From: Dehalococcoidia bacterium
GTDB taxonomy: Bacteria; Chloroflexota; Dehalococcoidia; GIF9; AB-539-J10
Direction of reading: 5' to 3'
NCBI GenBank assembly: GCA_030612025.1
Contig: JAUWOR010000010.1
Location: 11,102-75,101, forward strand
Length of the DNA stretch: 64,000 bases
A program made the translations under genes and the position numbers. The stretch's first letter is position 1, and each line of letters begins with the position of its first letter. Below, piece by piece: positions 8,360 through 19,101 of the stretch. Under the pieces are notes generated by a model. It did not search any database. It worked only from the letters and a program-made list of their open reading frames with translations, and had not been told where the DNA came from.

Positions 8360-9187
8360 GTAGTTGCCTGATTTATCAGGCTTATCGCCCAATAAATTGG
8401 GCAACTACATTTTTAAACACCCTCATTTGTTAACACACGGTATTATTCAATATTTCGTAGTTGCCTGATTTATCAGGCCTTTCTCGCCCAATAAATTGGG
8501 CAACTACAATATCCTTTCCACTAGTGGATTGTTTTGAATATACTCTCGGATCTTTGCCAGCGCTTTATCATCTCTAATCACATGCTCGTAGTAATTTGGT
8601 TGCCATAGCTTAAATCGAACTTGCTTTGTGGTTACCGCTTTCAACCTTCTAACAATCTCAGCTAGCTTAAGTTGGCAGTCTTCCAAAACCAATATTAGAT
8701 GAATATGAGAAGGCATTATTTGGTAGTAATCTAATTTTACTCCGCTTATCTTGTAGGGTAATTGTTCGATAAGTTGGGCAACTATTTCCTTGTTTTCGCC
8801 CGTCAGATAAGGTCTTCGGTAATTAGTGCAAATTGTTATGAAATAAAAGCCGTCTGAGGAGTAATCATAATCTTTTAAGCGTATATTTTTAACCGCTCTC
8901 ATCCTTAACCTTCCATCATTCTGATACAACCTGTAGTTGCCTGATTTATCAGGCCTTTCTCGCCCAATAAATTGGGCAACTACGTTTTTAAACACCCTCA
9001 TTTGTTAACACACGGTATTATTCAATATTTCGTAGTTGCCTGATTTATCAGGCCCTTATCGCCCAATAAATCGCACTACATTTTTAAACACCCTCATTTG
9101 TTAACACACGGTATTATTCAATATTTCGTAGTTGCCTGATTTATCAGGCCCTTATCGCCCAATAAATCGCACTACGTTTTTAAACAT
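8360..9187. repeat. BIME-like array of five R1 REP doublets (8360-8408, 8457-8507, 8933-8983, 9032-9079, 9128-9175) joined by a constant ~48-bp linker, flanking the RAYT gene
   Basis: Linker TTTTTAAACACCCTCATTTGTTAACACACGGTATTATTCAATATTTC occurs three times. Confidence 0.92.
8504..8902 (-). CDS. REP-associated tyrosine transposase (RAYT / TnpA-REP, IS200-like HUH Y1), about 132 aa
   Basis: IRLKDYDYS, YFITICT, MPSHIH (HUH), LWQPNYYEHVIR, YIQNNP; flanked by GTAG-REPs; the ORF-track extension to 9001 is read-through of a REP. Confidence 0.9.
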   Translation of the reverse strand: MRAVKNIRLKDYDYSSDGFYFITICTNYRRPYLTGENKEIVAQLIEQLPYKISGVKLDYYQIMPSHIHLILVLEDCQLKLAEIVRRLKAVTTKQVRFKLWQPNYYEHVIRDDKALAKIREYIQNNPLVERIL

Positions 9188-9188
9188 C

Positions 9189-10208
9189 CTACTTCAGCCT
9201 TGTTCTGAAATTAAGCTCACTGCCACAAAACTTGCATTTAGAATCATCCAGTCCCACTACCTGAGTATCATAACCAATGCGGCGAATAACTGTCTTGCCA
9301 CAAGAATAGCAAACGGTATTTTCATACTCATGCCCAGGAACATTGCCCAGATAGACAAACTTTAACCCTGCTTTCTTGCCAATTCTGTAAGCCTTCTCCA
9401 GAGTGGATACCGGGGTGGGTGGCAGATAATTCAAATTACGCATGGGGTAAAAGCGAGTTATATGCCATGGAGTAAGCTCACCTAAGTTATCTCGAATCCA
9501 GGTAGCGATGCCACTGAGCTGTGCCTCATCATCATTCATAGTGGGAATGACATTGGTTACCACCTCAACCCACATACCCCATTTCTCCTTAGCGCGCTTG
9601 GCTACATCCAGAATACCACGCCAGTGAGAGATTTTTGAGAGCCGACGATAAAAACCGTCGCTAAAGCCCTTGACATCAACCCTCCAGGCATCGAGGTAAG
9701 GACCGATAGTATCTAAAGCCTCAGGAGTGATGTAGCCATTGGTAACATAAACGGTATATAGACCATTTTCCTTAGCCAGCTTGGCAGAATCCAAAGTATA
9801 CTCAAACCATACCGTAGGCTCATTATAAGTCCAGGCAATGCCAGCACAATTATACCGTTTAGTTAACTCTATTTCCCTCTCAGGCAATAGTTGCTGTGAA
9901 GTATCAGGAACATCCACACAGGCAATCTCCCAGTTTTGACAGTCCTGGCAGTGGAAGTTGCATCCCCAGGTGCCCAAGGAAAGGGCATAAGTCCCTGGGA
10001 AAAAGTGAAATAAGGGCTTCTTCTCAATATGGTCAGCGGCTACTGAAGAGACTTCAGCATAATTCATGGTATATAAGGTGCCATCCCGGTTAAGGCGCAT
10101 GCGGCAGACACCCATCTTGCTCAGGTTTATAATGCACCTCCATTGGCAAACGTGGCATCTCACCCTGCCACCCGAGAGTTTCTCATAAAGCATCGCTTCT
10201 CTTTCCAT
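9189..10208 (-). CDS. amrS: AmmeMemoRadiSam radical SAM enzyme
   Basis: IEKKPLFHF, CNFHCQDCQNW (CX3CX2C), TYNEP. Confidence 0.93.
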   Translation of the reverse strand: MEREAMLYEKLSGGRVRCHVCQWRCIINLSKMGVCRMRLNRDGTLYTMNYAEVSSVAADHIEKKPLFHFFPGTYALSLGTWGCNFHCQDCQNWEIACVDVPDTSQQLLPEREIELTKRYNCAGIAWTYNEPTVWFEYTLDSAKLAKENGLYTVYVTNGYITPEALDTIGPYLDAWRVDVKGFSDGFYRRLSKISHWRGILDVAKRAKEKWGMWVEVVTNVIPTMNDDEAQLSGIATWIRDNLGELTPWHITRFYPMRNLNYLPPTPVSTLEKAYRIGKKAGLKFVYLGNVPGHEYENTVCYSCGKTVIRRIGYDTQVVGLDDSKCKFCGSELNFRTRLK

Positions 10209-10320
10209 TAGGGGCTATTATATCACCGCGGCTTATCTCAATATAATTACAATATATCCGGCAAAAATGACCTCGCTACATCATTGTGATAGGCTGAATT
10301 TCCTCTCCCTCGCCTCCCTC

Positions 10321-10610
10321 TGTCATTGCGAGGAGCAGTCCCCTGCCAAGTAAGGGGAGGGGATGAGCGGGATCCTTTTCAGCGACGAAGCAAACTCGGA
10401 GTGGGATTCCTCGCTTACGCTCGGAACAAGCTCCGCAATCTCTAAGAATATCCCTCCACCAAGATTACCACACTGCCCCTTCGTTACACTCAGGGCTTCG
10501 GCTCACCGCAGCTAACAAGCGCCACTTGTAGTGCGAGGCTTCCCTTTTACTCCGTAGTGCGAGGCTTTAGCCTCGCGCCAGATAAGCACGACCCTGAAGG
10601 GTCGCACTAC
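10321..10610. repeat. Nested palindromic repeat cluster (GTCATTGCGAG family with internal inserts; R2 REP doublet 10554-10610)
   Basis: TGTCATTGCGAG...GAAGCAA[insert]GCAATCTC; GTAGTGCGAGGCTTTAGCCTCG...CGACCCTGAAGGGTCGCACTAC. Confidence 0.75.
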
Positions 10611-10665
10611 AGGAACATCCTGGCACCGTGCACTAATTCACGCCACATACTATAATTCAGGAGAA

Positions 10666-11262
10666 ATGACTGTCATTGGCGTGACTGGCAATCTAGGCAG
10701 TGGCAAAAGCACGGTATGCCAAGTTTTAGCCAAGCTTGGTGCTACCATCATCGATGCCGATGAGCTGGCACACAAGACTTACAAGCCACATAGCCAGACC
10801 TGGCAAGAGCTAATCAACACCTTTGGTAAAGACATACTTAAGGCTAACGAAGAAATTGACCGCCAAAAATTAGGGCAGATAGTTTTTTCTCACCCCGATG
10901 CCTTAGCCAAGCTGAATCAGATAGTGCACCCTAGAGCATATCGTATGGCTCAAGAAAAAATCGAAGATTACCATCGCCAGGGGGCTAAAGCCATTGTCGT
11001 AGAGGCTACTTTGCTCATTGAAGCAGGGTGGACAGATTTGGTGAATAAGGTCTGGTTAGTAGTAGCTCCAGAGAATGTAGCAATCCAAAGGCTCACCCAA
11101 CATGAAGGAATCAACGAAGCTCAAACTTTGACTCGCCTCAAGGCACAGATGCCAGCAGAGGAAAAGATGAAATATGCCGATGAAGTAATTTACAACGATG
11201 GCGATATACCCCAGCTTGAAGCCAAGGTGACCAAACTCTGGCACGCCCTTGATATAATTTGA
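10666..11262 (+). CDS. coaE: Dephospho-CoA kinase
   Basis: IGVTGNLGSGKSTV, IDAD, IVHP. Confidence 0.95.
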   Translation: MTVIGVTGNLGSGKSTVCQVLAKLGATIIDADELAHKTYKPHSQTWQELINTFGKDILKANEEIDRQKLGQIVFSHPDALAKLNQIVHPRAYRMAQEKIEDYHRQGAKAIVVEATLLIEAGWTDLVNKVWLVVAPENVAIQRLTQHEGINEAQTLTRLKAQMPAEEKMKYADEVIYNDGDIPQLEAKVTKLWHALDII

Positions 11263-11305
11263 CCTCTTACATCTTATGCTATACTCGCCGCAAAGAGCCC
11301 CTGGA

Positions 11306-14300
11306 TTAGTCCAGACCAACAATAATTCTCTCCACCTTGGTGATGTCCAAGCTGTTGACCACGCCATCTCCATTGGCATCAGCGCCGGGAGTTTCGGCAT
11401 CGAGTCCAACAATAATCCTCTCGACCTTGGTGATGTCAAGGCTATTGACCACGCCATCTCCATTGGCATCGCCAGGCAGGATTGAGGAGACGTGGACTGA
11501 ATCGCCTGTCCAGGTTGCCTCTATTTCATTTGCCCCATTATCGCCCAGAAAGCCGTTTTGCAAACCTATGTCACTGCTGTCACCCTCAGCGCCGATAACA
11601 TGGAAGTGTAGTTCTGCCAGGGTGCCGGAGCCAGTGACGCCAGCTAACCCTGGGACGTTCTGAACTATGGTGCATGACCCGCCATCTTCCAGATTCCAGA
11701 TGTCAACCGGTATCGCCGTCCCATCTATCTCACCGGCAGTCACATCATCCAGTCGAAGCACCGTGTCGTCGAAGACAACATCGTAGTTAGCAGCATCGAA
11801 GTTCTCCACCCCATCAATGTTAACCCTGGCAATAAAATCGCTACCAGCGCCTACCTCGGCTGGAGCACTAATGCTCACTGAAGGAGCAACACCGGTGGTC
11901 ACAGTTAGAGTTACCGGCACCGTCACTTCTGGCTCATCGGGGTCGTTGCTTAATATTACTATATTGGCAGTGTAAGTGCTGCCGAGGCCAGTGGTATCGA
12001 AGGTAACCGTTATGTCATCTTCCTCTCCTGGCGGCACCATGCCTGATTTGGGCTCCTCATCCAGCCAGGGGCAGTCCTCGGCTTCTCCTCCCACATACTT
12101 GCTCAGCACCACATCATCAATAAAGGCTCCCTGACCGCTAGAGCCAGGCATAACATCACTGAAAGTGAACAATATCCACACTTCAGGCTGCCCGCAGACA
12201 TTCCCCAAATAGGGAATCTCTGTGAAGTCCAAAGATTTTTCCATCCAGTGCCGGTAATGTCCGGCGATGGTCTTTCCACCGAAGTATTTTCCATCAATTG
12301 ACGCTGCCCAGAGGAGGTAATCGCCAGGAATGTTATACGGCTCCACCTGTATTCCGGCCGAGTCCAACCACAAATGGAACCTCAGCTCGGCATCAGTAGC
12401 ATCAGCTAGGCTGAAGGGGCCGTACACCATCGCGGAAGACATTCTGTAAGGAAACCAAGCTGGGGGGTCGACCCCATCTGTACCACTCTTGGCGCAGTAG
12501 GCACTCCATGATCCGTTGTGGGGGTTGTAGCTGTCCTTTCCCCAGTAGGCATCCACCTGCGACTGAGAATACACGTCCCACTTAGACCCTGGAAATACCC
12601 CCTCAAAATCCTCGGTCATTATGTTCTGCCAGCCACTGCCAAATTTGCCAGTTTCCTCTGGCTCAACCGTCTTGCCCTCTAGCGGAATTTCCAAGACCAT
12701 GCTACCTGGCTTCAGGAGCAGGTTCTCAGCCTTCCCTGTGCTAGCCCCACCTGTTGTTTCCGTGTCGCTGAGAGTGTAGTTCAGCTCCGCATTGCCAACA
12801 TTGCCTATATTTAGAGTGTAGTCCTGGGTTGTGTCTGGCGGCAGCGTTTTCTCGAAGCTGGTGGGAGAAACCGTGATGTCAGGCGCGTCAGGCTGTGCGC
12901 CGGCTGTGGTGGCCCAATCCTGGGCATAATTATCCGACCATTGCTCACTCCCTTGGACATAGGACCAGGCCCCGGTAGTAATAGGTTGTGCTTGGCACCA
13001 GTCCTGTGTCTGATTTGCCGGTTGCAGTGCCGAAATAAACTTGTGTGCCGTCGTCCCTATTTGCTGGGTAACCTCCTTGTTTTCTCTGTATTTTTGTCTT
13101 CTGAGCTCCGGCACCTTTAGTCCAGGACAAACTTATCTGGGTGGTACTGGCTGTGGTGGCGCTGAAGCTGGTTGGCGCATCGGGTTTGGTCAGGAAGCTT
13201 AACTCAGGGCCGCTGCCTGTGCCAGCACTGTTCTTGGCCTGTGCCCTGAAATAGTACTTGGTCCCTTTGTTAAGGCCAGAAATGTTTTCACTGAAGGACT
13301 GTCCGGTGGTTTTAGTTTCCACACTCCAGCCCGTGTAGGTGTAAGGCCCTCCTTGGGTGGTGCTGTAGCCAAACTGATACTGGCAGACTTCACCACCGTC
13401 ATCGGTTACCGCGCCGTGAAGAGTAGCTGTAGTCTCTTCAACAGAGGTGGCAGCATTTGTGGTTACCGTTGGCGCTCCTATTGATGTTGTGGTAGCCTGG
13501 TCTTGGGCATAGTTATCAGACCATTGTTCGCTTCCCTGGACGTATGACCAGGCTCGGTAATAATAAGTTGTCCCCGGCGTTAGTCCTGTATCAGATTTGC
13601 TGGTTCCTGTTCCGAAGTAAACCTCAGTGCCATCGTTTCTATTCGCTGGGTAGCTACTTTCTTTCCTCTGTATCTTTGTCTTCTGGGCACCAGCTCCCTT
13701 AGTCCAGGACAAATTTATCTGAGTGGTGCTGGCTGTGCTGGCGGTAAAGCTGGTTGGTTCATCAGGTTTGGTCAGGAAGCTTAGCTCAGAGCCACTACTG
13801 GTTCCAGCACTATTCTTGGCCTGTGCTCTGAAGTAATATTTAGTTCCCTTATTAAGGCTTGAAATAGCTTCGCTGAAGGACTGGCCTGTGGTTTTAGTTT
13901 CCACACTCCAGTCAGTGTAGGTGTACGGTCCTCCCTGGGTCGTGCCATAGCCAAAGCGATACTGGCAGGCTTCACCACCATCATTGCTTACCATGCCATT
14001 AAGGGTGGCAGAGTTCTCCTCTACCAAGCTTGCGGCATTGGTAGTCACCGTTAGCGCTGGTGAGGGTGTCGGCAAGTAAAGCCTGCCACTTCCATACAGG
14101 TTATCTTTCCCAGAAGCACCGAGAGCAACGGCATTCGTCTCAAGATAATTCTGTATTTGCTCCGGAGTGTAAGAGGGAAAGCGTTGCTTGACCAGCGCCG
14201 CCGCCCCTGCCCCATAAGGAGCCGAAGCTGACGTGCCATAGAAATTCTCTGCTCCATAGGTGGAGGTGCTCACGCCATCAGGAGCAACCAAATCGGGTTT

Positions 14301-15695
14301 TGTCCTAGCGTCCACCGTTGGCCCCTGAGAACTGAATGATTCCAGCGTTGTAGGGTCGTCCCAGAACACAGCTCCCATGGTCATAGCGCTGGGCGAGTCA
14401 GCGGGTACACACAGGCTGCCAGCCGCAACCTGATATTGTAGATTGTAGCGTGTGCGTGTCAGGTGGAAGTTGACTACTTCCGGTTCACCCCAGGCAGCTA
14501 TTAGTATGTGATAGATTCCTGTGTATGTAGGGGTATACGACAAAAATTCGTACGGGTCGTCATTACCATCTTGTATCCTGCAAGAGCACGCAACTAGAAA
14601 AGAGTTGTTATCAAGCAACAATAAATCATAGTCATTGCCAGAATTGCCCCAGGGATCATCCCATTTGAGGCTAACTACAATGTCATTTCCGCTGTTGGCA
14701 GTGATCGCATTAGACTCATCAAAGGGTGATTGGTTAAATTCGTGGATGTCATCCATATCACTATCTACAAAGTCTCCCTGCCAGTGACGCTGGGCATAGT
14801 TCCCCGCCGCCTGAGACCACAGGATGCAGGCAGCTCTGGCATCATCCACCATCTGACAGAACAGTCCAGTGCCATCCCCTGGCCCTCCTGGGAGCCAATC
14901 CATGGAGCAGGAGATAACATCAACCCCCTGAGCTATAAGCCAGTCAACAGCATTACCCATCTCGACACTACTGTCAAAGTTGGCCAGATAAAACTGGGCG
15001 TCGGGAACAAGGTCGTACACGATCTCGGCACAGGCAGTGCCGTGTACAGATGTTCCCTCATTTCCATAGCTTGGAGCCCACCAACTTGCAACCGTGGCAG
15101 GCAATTCCGTACCCAAGAGAGAATCATATCCAGAGAAACCACCATCCAGAATGCCGACCTTCACTCCGGTCCCCGTAAAGCCAGCACTATGCCAGTCATC
15201 GGCGTTAATCAGGCTTACACCCTCACTGATAACTGATGGTATGGGTTTGAAAGGCAAGCGCACCAATTTAACACTAGCATCATCAGCTAATGCCTCAACC
15301 TGAGCGACGGGTATCCCAACCTGTACCAGATCCTTATAGCTAGTTTCTACATCGGCACCGAGAGCCTCGGCGATACGCATAACTTCATCCTCCTGCCCAC
15401 CCACAGCCTCAATAACCACCCTGGTCCAGTCACCTTCCACATCTATGCCAGATTTTTGAGCAAAAGCGCTCAAATCACCTTTTTCGTAAGCCGCAACCAG
15501 TTGGTCCAGCCGCGACCCCAGCTTAGGATGTCCCTTAGTAATCTCTGGGAGGGCATTAAGATTCGATAAGATGTCATCCTCATCATCAGCCGAAGCACTT
15601 CCAGTAGCCGCACCTCCTATAACCGAAAAGGCTAAAGCGAGGCATAAAATGAGGTTTAGAATTCTCGCCGACCACCCGTTCTTCATGTTTAACAT
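11306..15695 (-). pseudogene. Secreted S8 subtilase with FN3 repeats, a beta-sandwich domain, cohesin and C-terminal dockerin; split by a 1-nt frameshift at 12970-12973
   Basis: GILDGG, HGTACA and GTSASAP catalytic triad; FN3 copy 1 reads TAC CGA GCC TGG (YRAW) while copy 2 has an extra G (TAC CGG G GCC TGG); cohesin-like FDAANYDVVFD..GSGTLAELHF; duplicated GDANGDGVVNSLDIT dockerin. Confidence 0.8.
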
Positions 15696-16069
15696 CCTTC
15701 TTTCATCATGACGGCCAAATTAGTTTTCACTGTTGGCACGTTGCCAAGCTGCTTTATAAGCTTCAGGATAATCGCTGGGGGAATTATACGAAGGACTAAT
15801 CAACTCACTTAGGCAAGGACAAAAAGAGCGCAGATTACACCTGTGCTTGTTGGGATAAACATGATAGGAATGAGAATAGCCCCACTTCCGCAATATGTCA
15901 CCTCCGACTTTCCTATACGAGCATAACACTATTAAAGGAATTTCTCAATGGGTTTTGGAGGGATTTTGGTTAAAGAGATAAGGCTTATCGAAAGGCATCT
16001 TGGCTGCTTTGCTTCTTCAAACAGCCAAACGAATACAAGTTGCTTTCCACACTGGTTTAATTCCCTTCG

Positions 16070-16552
16070 CTATGAGATTCCTCTTAATTTAGCGATTAAC
16101 TTCTCAACACCTTCCGCTGAAATTTCTACAGTTTCTGGAGCCATTTCATTTTCATAGAAGTTTTTATGTAGGCCATTTGCTACATGAAAAAGCCTGATGA
16201 AGTCCTTATCTTTGCCTTCCTTCGCCAGTGTGTTAATAAAATCCCACAAGCTCCCGTGCTTCTCCAATTTTAATCCCCTCTTAGCAGCTACCATCTTAAC
16301 TGCTAGTGAAGTAGCACCCCATAGCTTTTCAGAAGTTTGAACAAGATCTCCCTTATTCAAAAATTCCCTTGCCTCAGCGAAGTATTTCTCGCTCAGGGAT
16401 TGGTAGTGTTCAATAAGTTCCTCAGGGTCCAGCTCTTCATGCAAGCTATTGCGAATTAGCTCAACTCCTAATTCCTCAGGCAAGGTTCCAGTTTCCCCAG
16501 CCCTCTCCCTTAACTTCTCATCAAGCTTTTTGGGTAAAATGATAGCAACCAT
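16070..16552 (-). CDS. PaREP1-family (HEPN-like, archaeal-type) protein
   Basis: GDLVQTSEKLWGA...LHKNFYE. Confidence 0.8.
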   Translation of the reverse strand: MVAIILPKKLDEKLRERAGETGTLPEELGVELIRNSLHEELDPEELIEHYQSLSEKYFAEAREFLNKGDLVQTSEKLWGATSLAVKMVAAKRGLKLEKHGSLWDFINTLAKEGKDKDFIRLFHVANGLHKNFYENEMAPETVEISAEGVEKLIAKLRGIS

Positions 16553-16700
16553 TATGCACCTCCACGTGTTGCATTCATCGTCCTTCTCTCTCCAGCCAGA
16601 GCCTGAGTTTTGGCACCAAGAATATCCTCATACTTTTTTCATATTCTAAACCACATTGGTGTTGAGAACAACCTCGAGTTGGGTTAGCTACTTAAATGAT

Positions 16701-16775
16701 TTGACACGTAGGACGAAAGCCCTAGCTTTCCAGGCTGAGTCTGGACCCCTCTCAGCCATAAGCGTGCTAAGCAGA
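16701..16775 (-). mobile_element. Probable IS200/IS605 right-end remnant
   Basis: Minus strand GGCTGAG..CTCAGCC hairpin, then GAAAGCTAGGGCTTTCGTCCTACGTGTCAA (subterminal hairpin + TCAA). Confidence 0.45.
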
Positions 16776-18386
16776 CTAACGTTGCTCCAGATATACTTGG
16801 CTCAAGTCAGGAATGCCCAGAGCATTGAGCTCATAACCTTTGACGTAAGGTTTAACCAAGATATGATTGATACCAAACCATAAGGGCAAGCAGGGAGCTT
16901 CATCCACTATCTTCTGCTCAGCTTGCTGATACATAGATAGGCGAGTAGATCCTTCGCTATCGCTCAGGACTGTGTCCGGCTCAATGGCAGCTTGGTCAAG
17001 TAAGCTATCTATCCCAGGATTGCTATAGCCAAAGATATTGTTCTCACTTCCAGTATAGAAAAGGTTATCCAGGAAATTATGTGGGTCGGGGTAATCAGCT
17101 ACCCAGCCAAGCATAAACATCTCGTCCCTTTCCTGCTTTAGATGATAAAGAAATTCTTCTGGCTCTAGTTGCCTCACTAACAGCTCAACTCCAAGATTCT
17201 CCCGCCATTCCTCAATGATGGCTCCCAGGTAATCTGGAATATTATTGCCATAACCGGAAACGGTGAGAGCAATCGGTGGTAAATTGGAAACATCTCCATA
17301 CTTTGAGGCGGCAATAAGCTCCTTCGCCCTCCCCACATCGTAGTCAAGTCCTTTCAGCTCTTCGTTATAGCCAGGCATGCCTGGAGGTAGAATGCCCTTC
17401 GCTTCAGTCATCATACCCCTCAATATCAACCTAGCAATGCGCTCCTTATCCACAGCGTGGCAAAAAGCGCGGCGGATGTTGACATCGTCAAAGGGAGGCT
17501 TGGTGGTGTCAAAGCCAATATAATAAAGGCTGAGTTCAGGCGTTACGGCTAATTCCCGATGGAATGGGCTAGCCTCATCCTCTGCCAGGTCAATATAATT
17601 CCGGAAAAGGGGAGTGACATCAATCTCGCCTTTTTCATACATAGCCATGGGCATACCAGCTAGAAGATGAAAAACGACCTGCTTTACCTTAGCCGGTTGA
17701 CCATAATAAACTTGGCTACGCTCCAAAATCAAAAGTTGTCCTTGTACCCATTCCCTTAGCCTAAAAGGACCTGTTCCATTTGGCTGATGCCACCAACCCT
17801 CTCCTGATTCCACATTGGTGCTGTCAACCACAAAGGCAGTAGGATATGTCAGCTTGCACAGGAAATAAGCCTTGGGCGCATCGATGGTAACCGCGAGAGT
17901 GTAATCATCAAGAACTCTGATTCCCGAAATTTCCTTCGCTCTGCCTGCCAGCATGTCCTTAGCGCCAACGATGTCGCCCAGATAAGTGGCTGCCGTCTGA
18001 GAGCCGGTGGCAGGGTCACAGACTCGCTCCCAGGAGTATTTGAAATCGGCAGCCTTAACCTCTTGGCCATCATGAAACTTTACCCCGTGGCGAAGGTAAA
18101 AGGTGTATGTTCTGCCATCCTGGCTTTGTTGCCATCTCTCAGCGATGTCAGGCACTACCTCTAATTCAGCATCAAGCCGAACTAAACCACTGAAGATCTG
18201 CATCACATAGGTATGAGAGGTCATTTCGCTGGAAATCGCTGGGTCAAGCGTTATGGGACCAATATCCCAAAGGTTAAGAATATCTTGGCCGGAAGACAAC
18301 TCCCAAGGCTGGCAGCCAACCGAGGGCAAAAGCAATAAGGCACAAATAAGCAGGGGTAATAATACAAATTGCCAGATTCTTTTCAT
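16776..18386 (-). CDS. Peptide ABC transporter substrate-binding lipoprotein (family 5)
   Basis: Lipobox-like SVGC, TLDPA, YTFYLRHGVKFHDG, PNGTGPF, GWVADYPDP. Confidence 0.92.
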   Translation of the reverse strand: MKRIWQFVLLPLLICALLLLPSVGCQPWELSSGQDILNLWDIGPITLDPAISSEMTSHTYVMQIFSGLVRLDAELEVVPDIAERWQQSQDGRTYTFYLRHGVKFHDGQEVKAADFKYSWERVCDPATGSQTAATYLGDIVGAKDMLAGRAKEISGIRVLDDYTLAVTIDAPKAYFLCKLTYPTAFVVDSTNVESGEGWWHQPNGTGPFRLREWVQGQLLILERSQVYYGQPAKVKQVVFHLLAGMPMAMYEKGEIDVTPLFRNYIDLAEDEASPFHRELAVTPELSLYYIGFDTTKPPFDDVNIRRAFCHAVDKERIARLILRGMMTEAKGILPPGMPGYNEELKGLDYDVGRAKELIAASKYGDVSNLPPIALTVSGYGNNIPDYLGAIIEEWRENLGVELLVRQLEPEEFLYHLKQERDEMFMLGWVADYPDPHNFLDNLFYTGSENNIFGYSNPGIDSLLDQAAIEPDTVLSDSEGSTRLSMYQQAEQKIVDEAPCLPLWFGINHILVKPYVKGYELNALGIPDLSQVYLEQR

Positions 18387-18388
18387 TT

Positions 18389-19078
18389 CTAGAATAAATT
18401 CTTGGCCTTCAGGCTCGAATAGCTTTTATCACAGACAATAATATGGTCCAGGACATCAATGCCCATGATTTCACCCGCCTTGGCCAGCCGCTTAGTTAAC
18501 TCGATATCCTCTTTTGATGGCCCTGGGTCGCCTGAAGGATGATTATGCACAAAGATTACCGAGGCAGCGCTGGAGGAGATAGCTTCCTTGAATACCTCGC
18601 GGGGGTGGACAATGCTAGTATCCAGGCTGCCCATAGAGATCGCCCGGCAATTTATGACATTGTTTCTAGTGCCTAAACAAAGAACCAAAAAGTGCTCCTT
18701 CTTCTTGCCTTTCAATTGGCTCTTTACTACGTTTACCACATCTTCTGGGGACTTGATTACTGGCTTCCCACTCACATCGACAGGGCTCTCCAGCCTCTTG
18801 CTCAATTCAACCGCAGCTTTAATCTGGGCTGCCTTGGCTGGACCAATACCTTTTATCTCGGTCAGTTCTTCTATGGAGGCATCGGCAACCCCCTTTAGAT
18901 TACCGAATCGGCTCAATAGCCTTTGAGCAGTTACCATGACGGATTCGCCTTTAACCCCTCGACCTAAGATTAAAGCTAAAATCTCCTGAGCCGAGAGAGC
19001 TTCACTACCCAGCTTAAGCAGCCTCTCCCGGGGACGCTCACTAAGAGGCAAGTCATGAACGGTAAAAGAGTTTTTCAT
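18389..19078 (-). CDS. radC: RadC-family JAB domain protein
   Basis: RPRERL, VHPREVF, HNHPSGDP. Confidence 0.95.
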   Translation of the reverse strand: MKNSFTVHDLPLSERPRERLLKLGSEALSAQEILALILGRGVKGESVMVTAQRLLSRFGNLKGVADASIEELTEIKGIGPAKAAQIKAAVELSKRLESPVDVSGKPVIKSPEDVVNVVKSQLKGKKKEHFLVLCLGTRNNVINCRAISMGSLDTSIVHPREVFKEAISSSAASVIFVHNHPSGDPGPSKEDIELTKRLAKAGEIMGIDVLDHIIVCDKSYSSLKAKNLF

Positions 19079-19101
19079 AAGCTATCTCCTTAACTAACCT
19101 C

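Noticed and set aside
8360-9187. CRISPR array
   Set aside because: The spacers are identical, the repeats are ~50-bp GTAG palindromic doublets, there are no cas genes, and a RAYT sits inside
11306-11480. Tandem ~93-bp DNA repeat as a mobile element
   Set aside because: It is the intrinsic two-fold repeat of the dockerin domain
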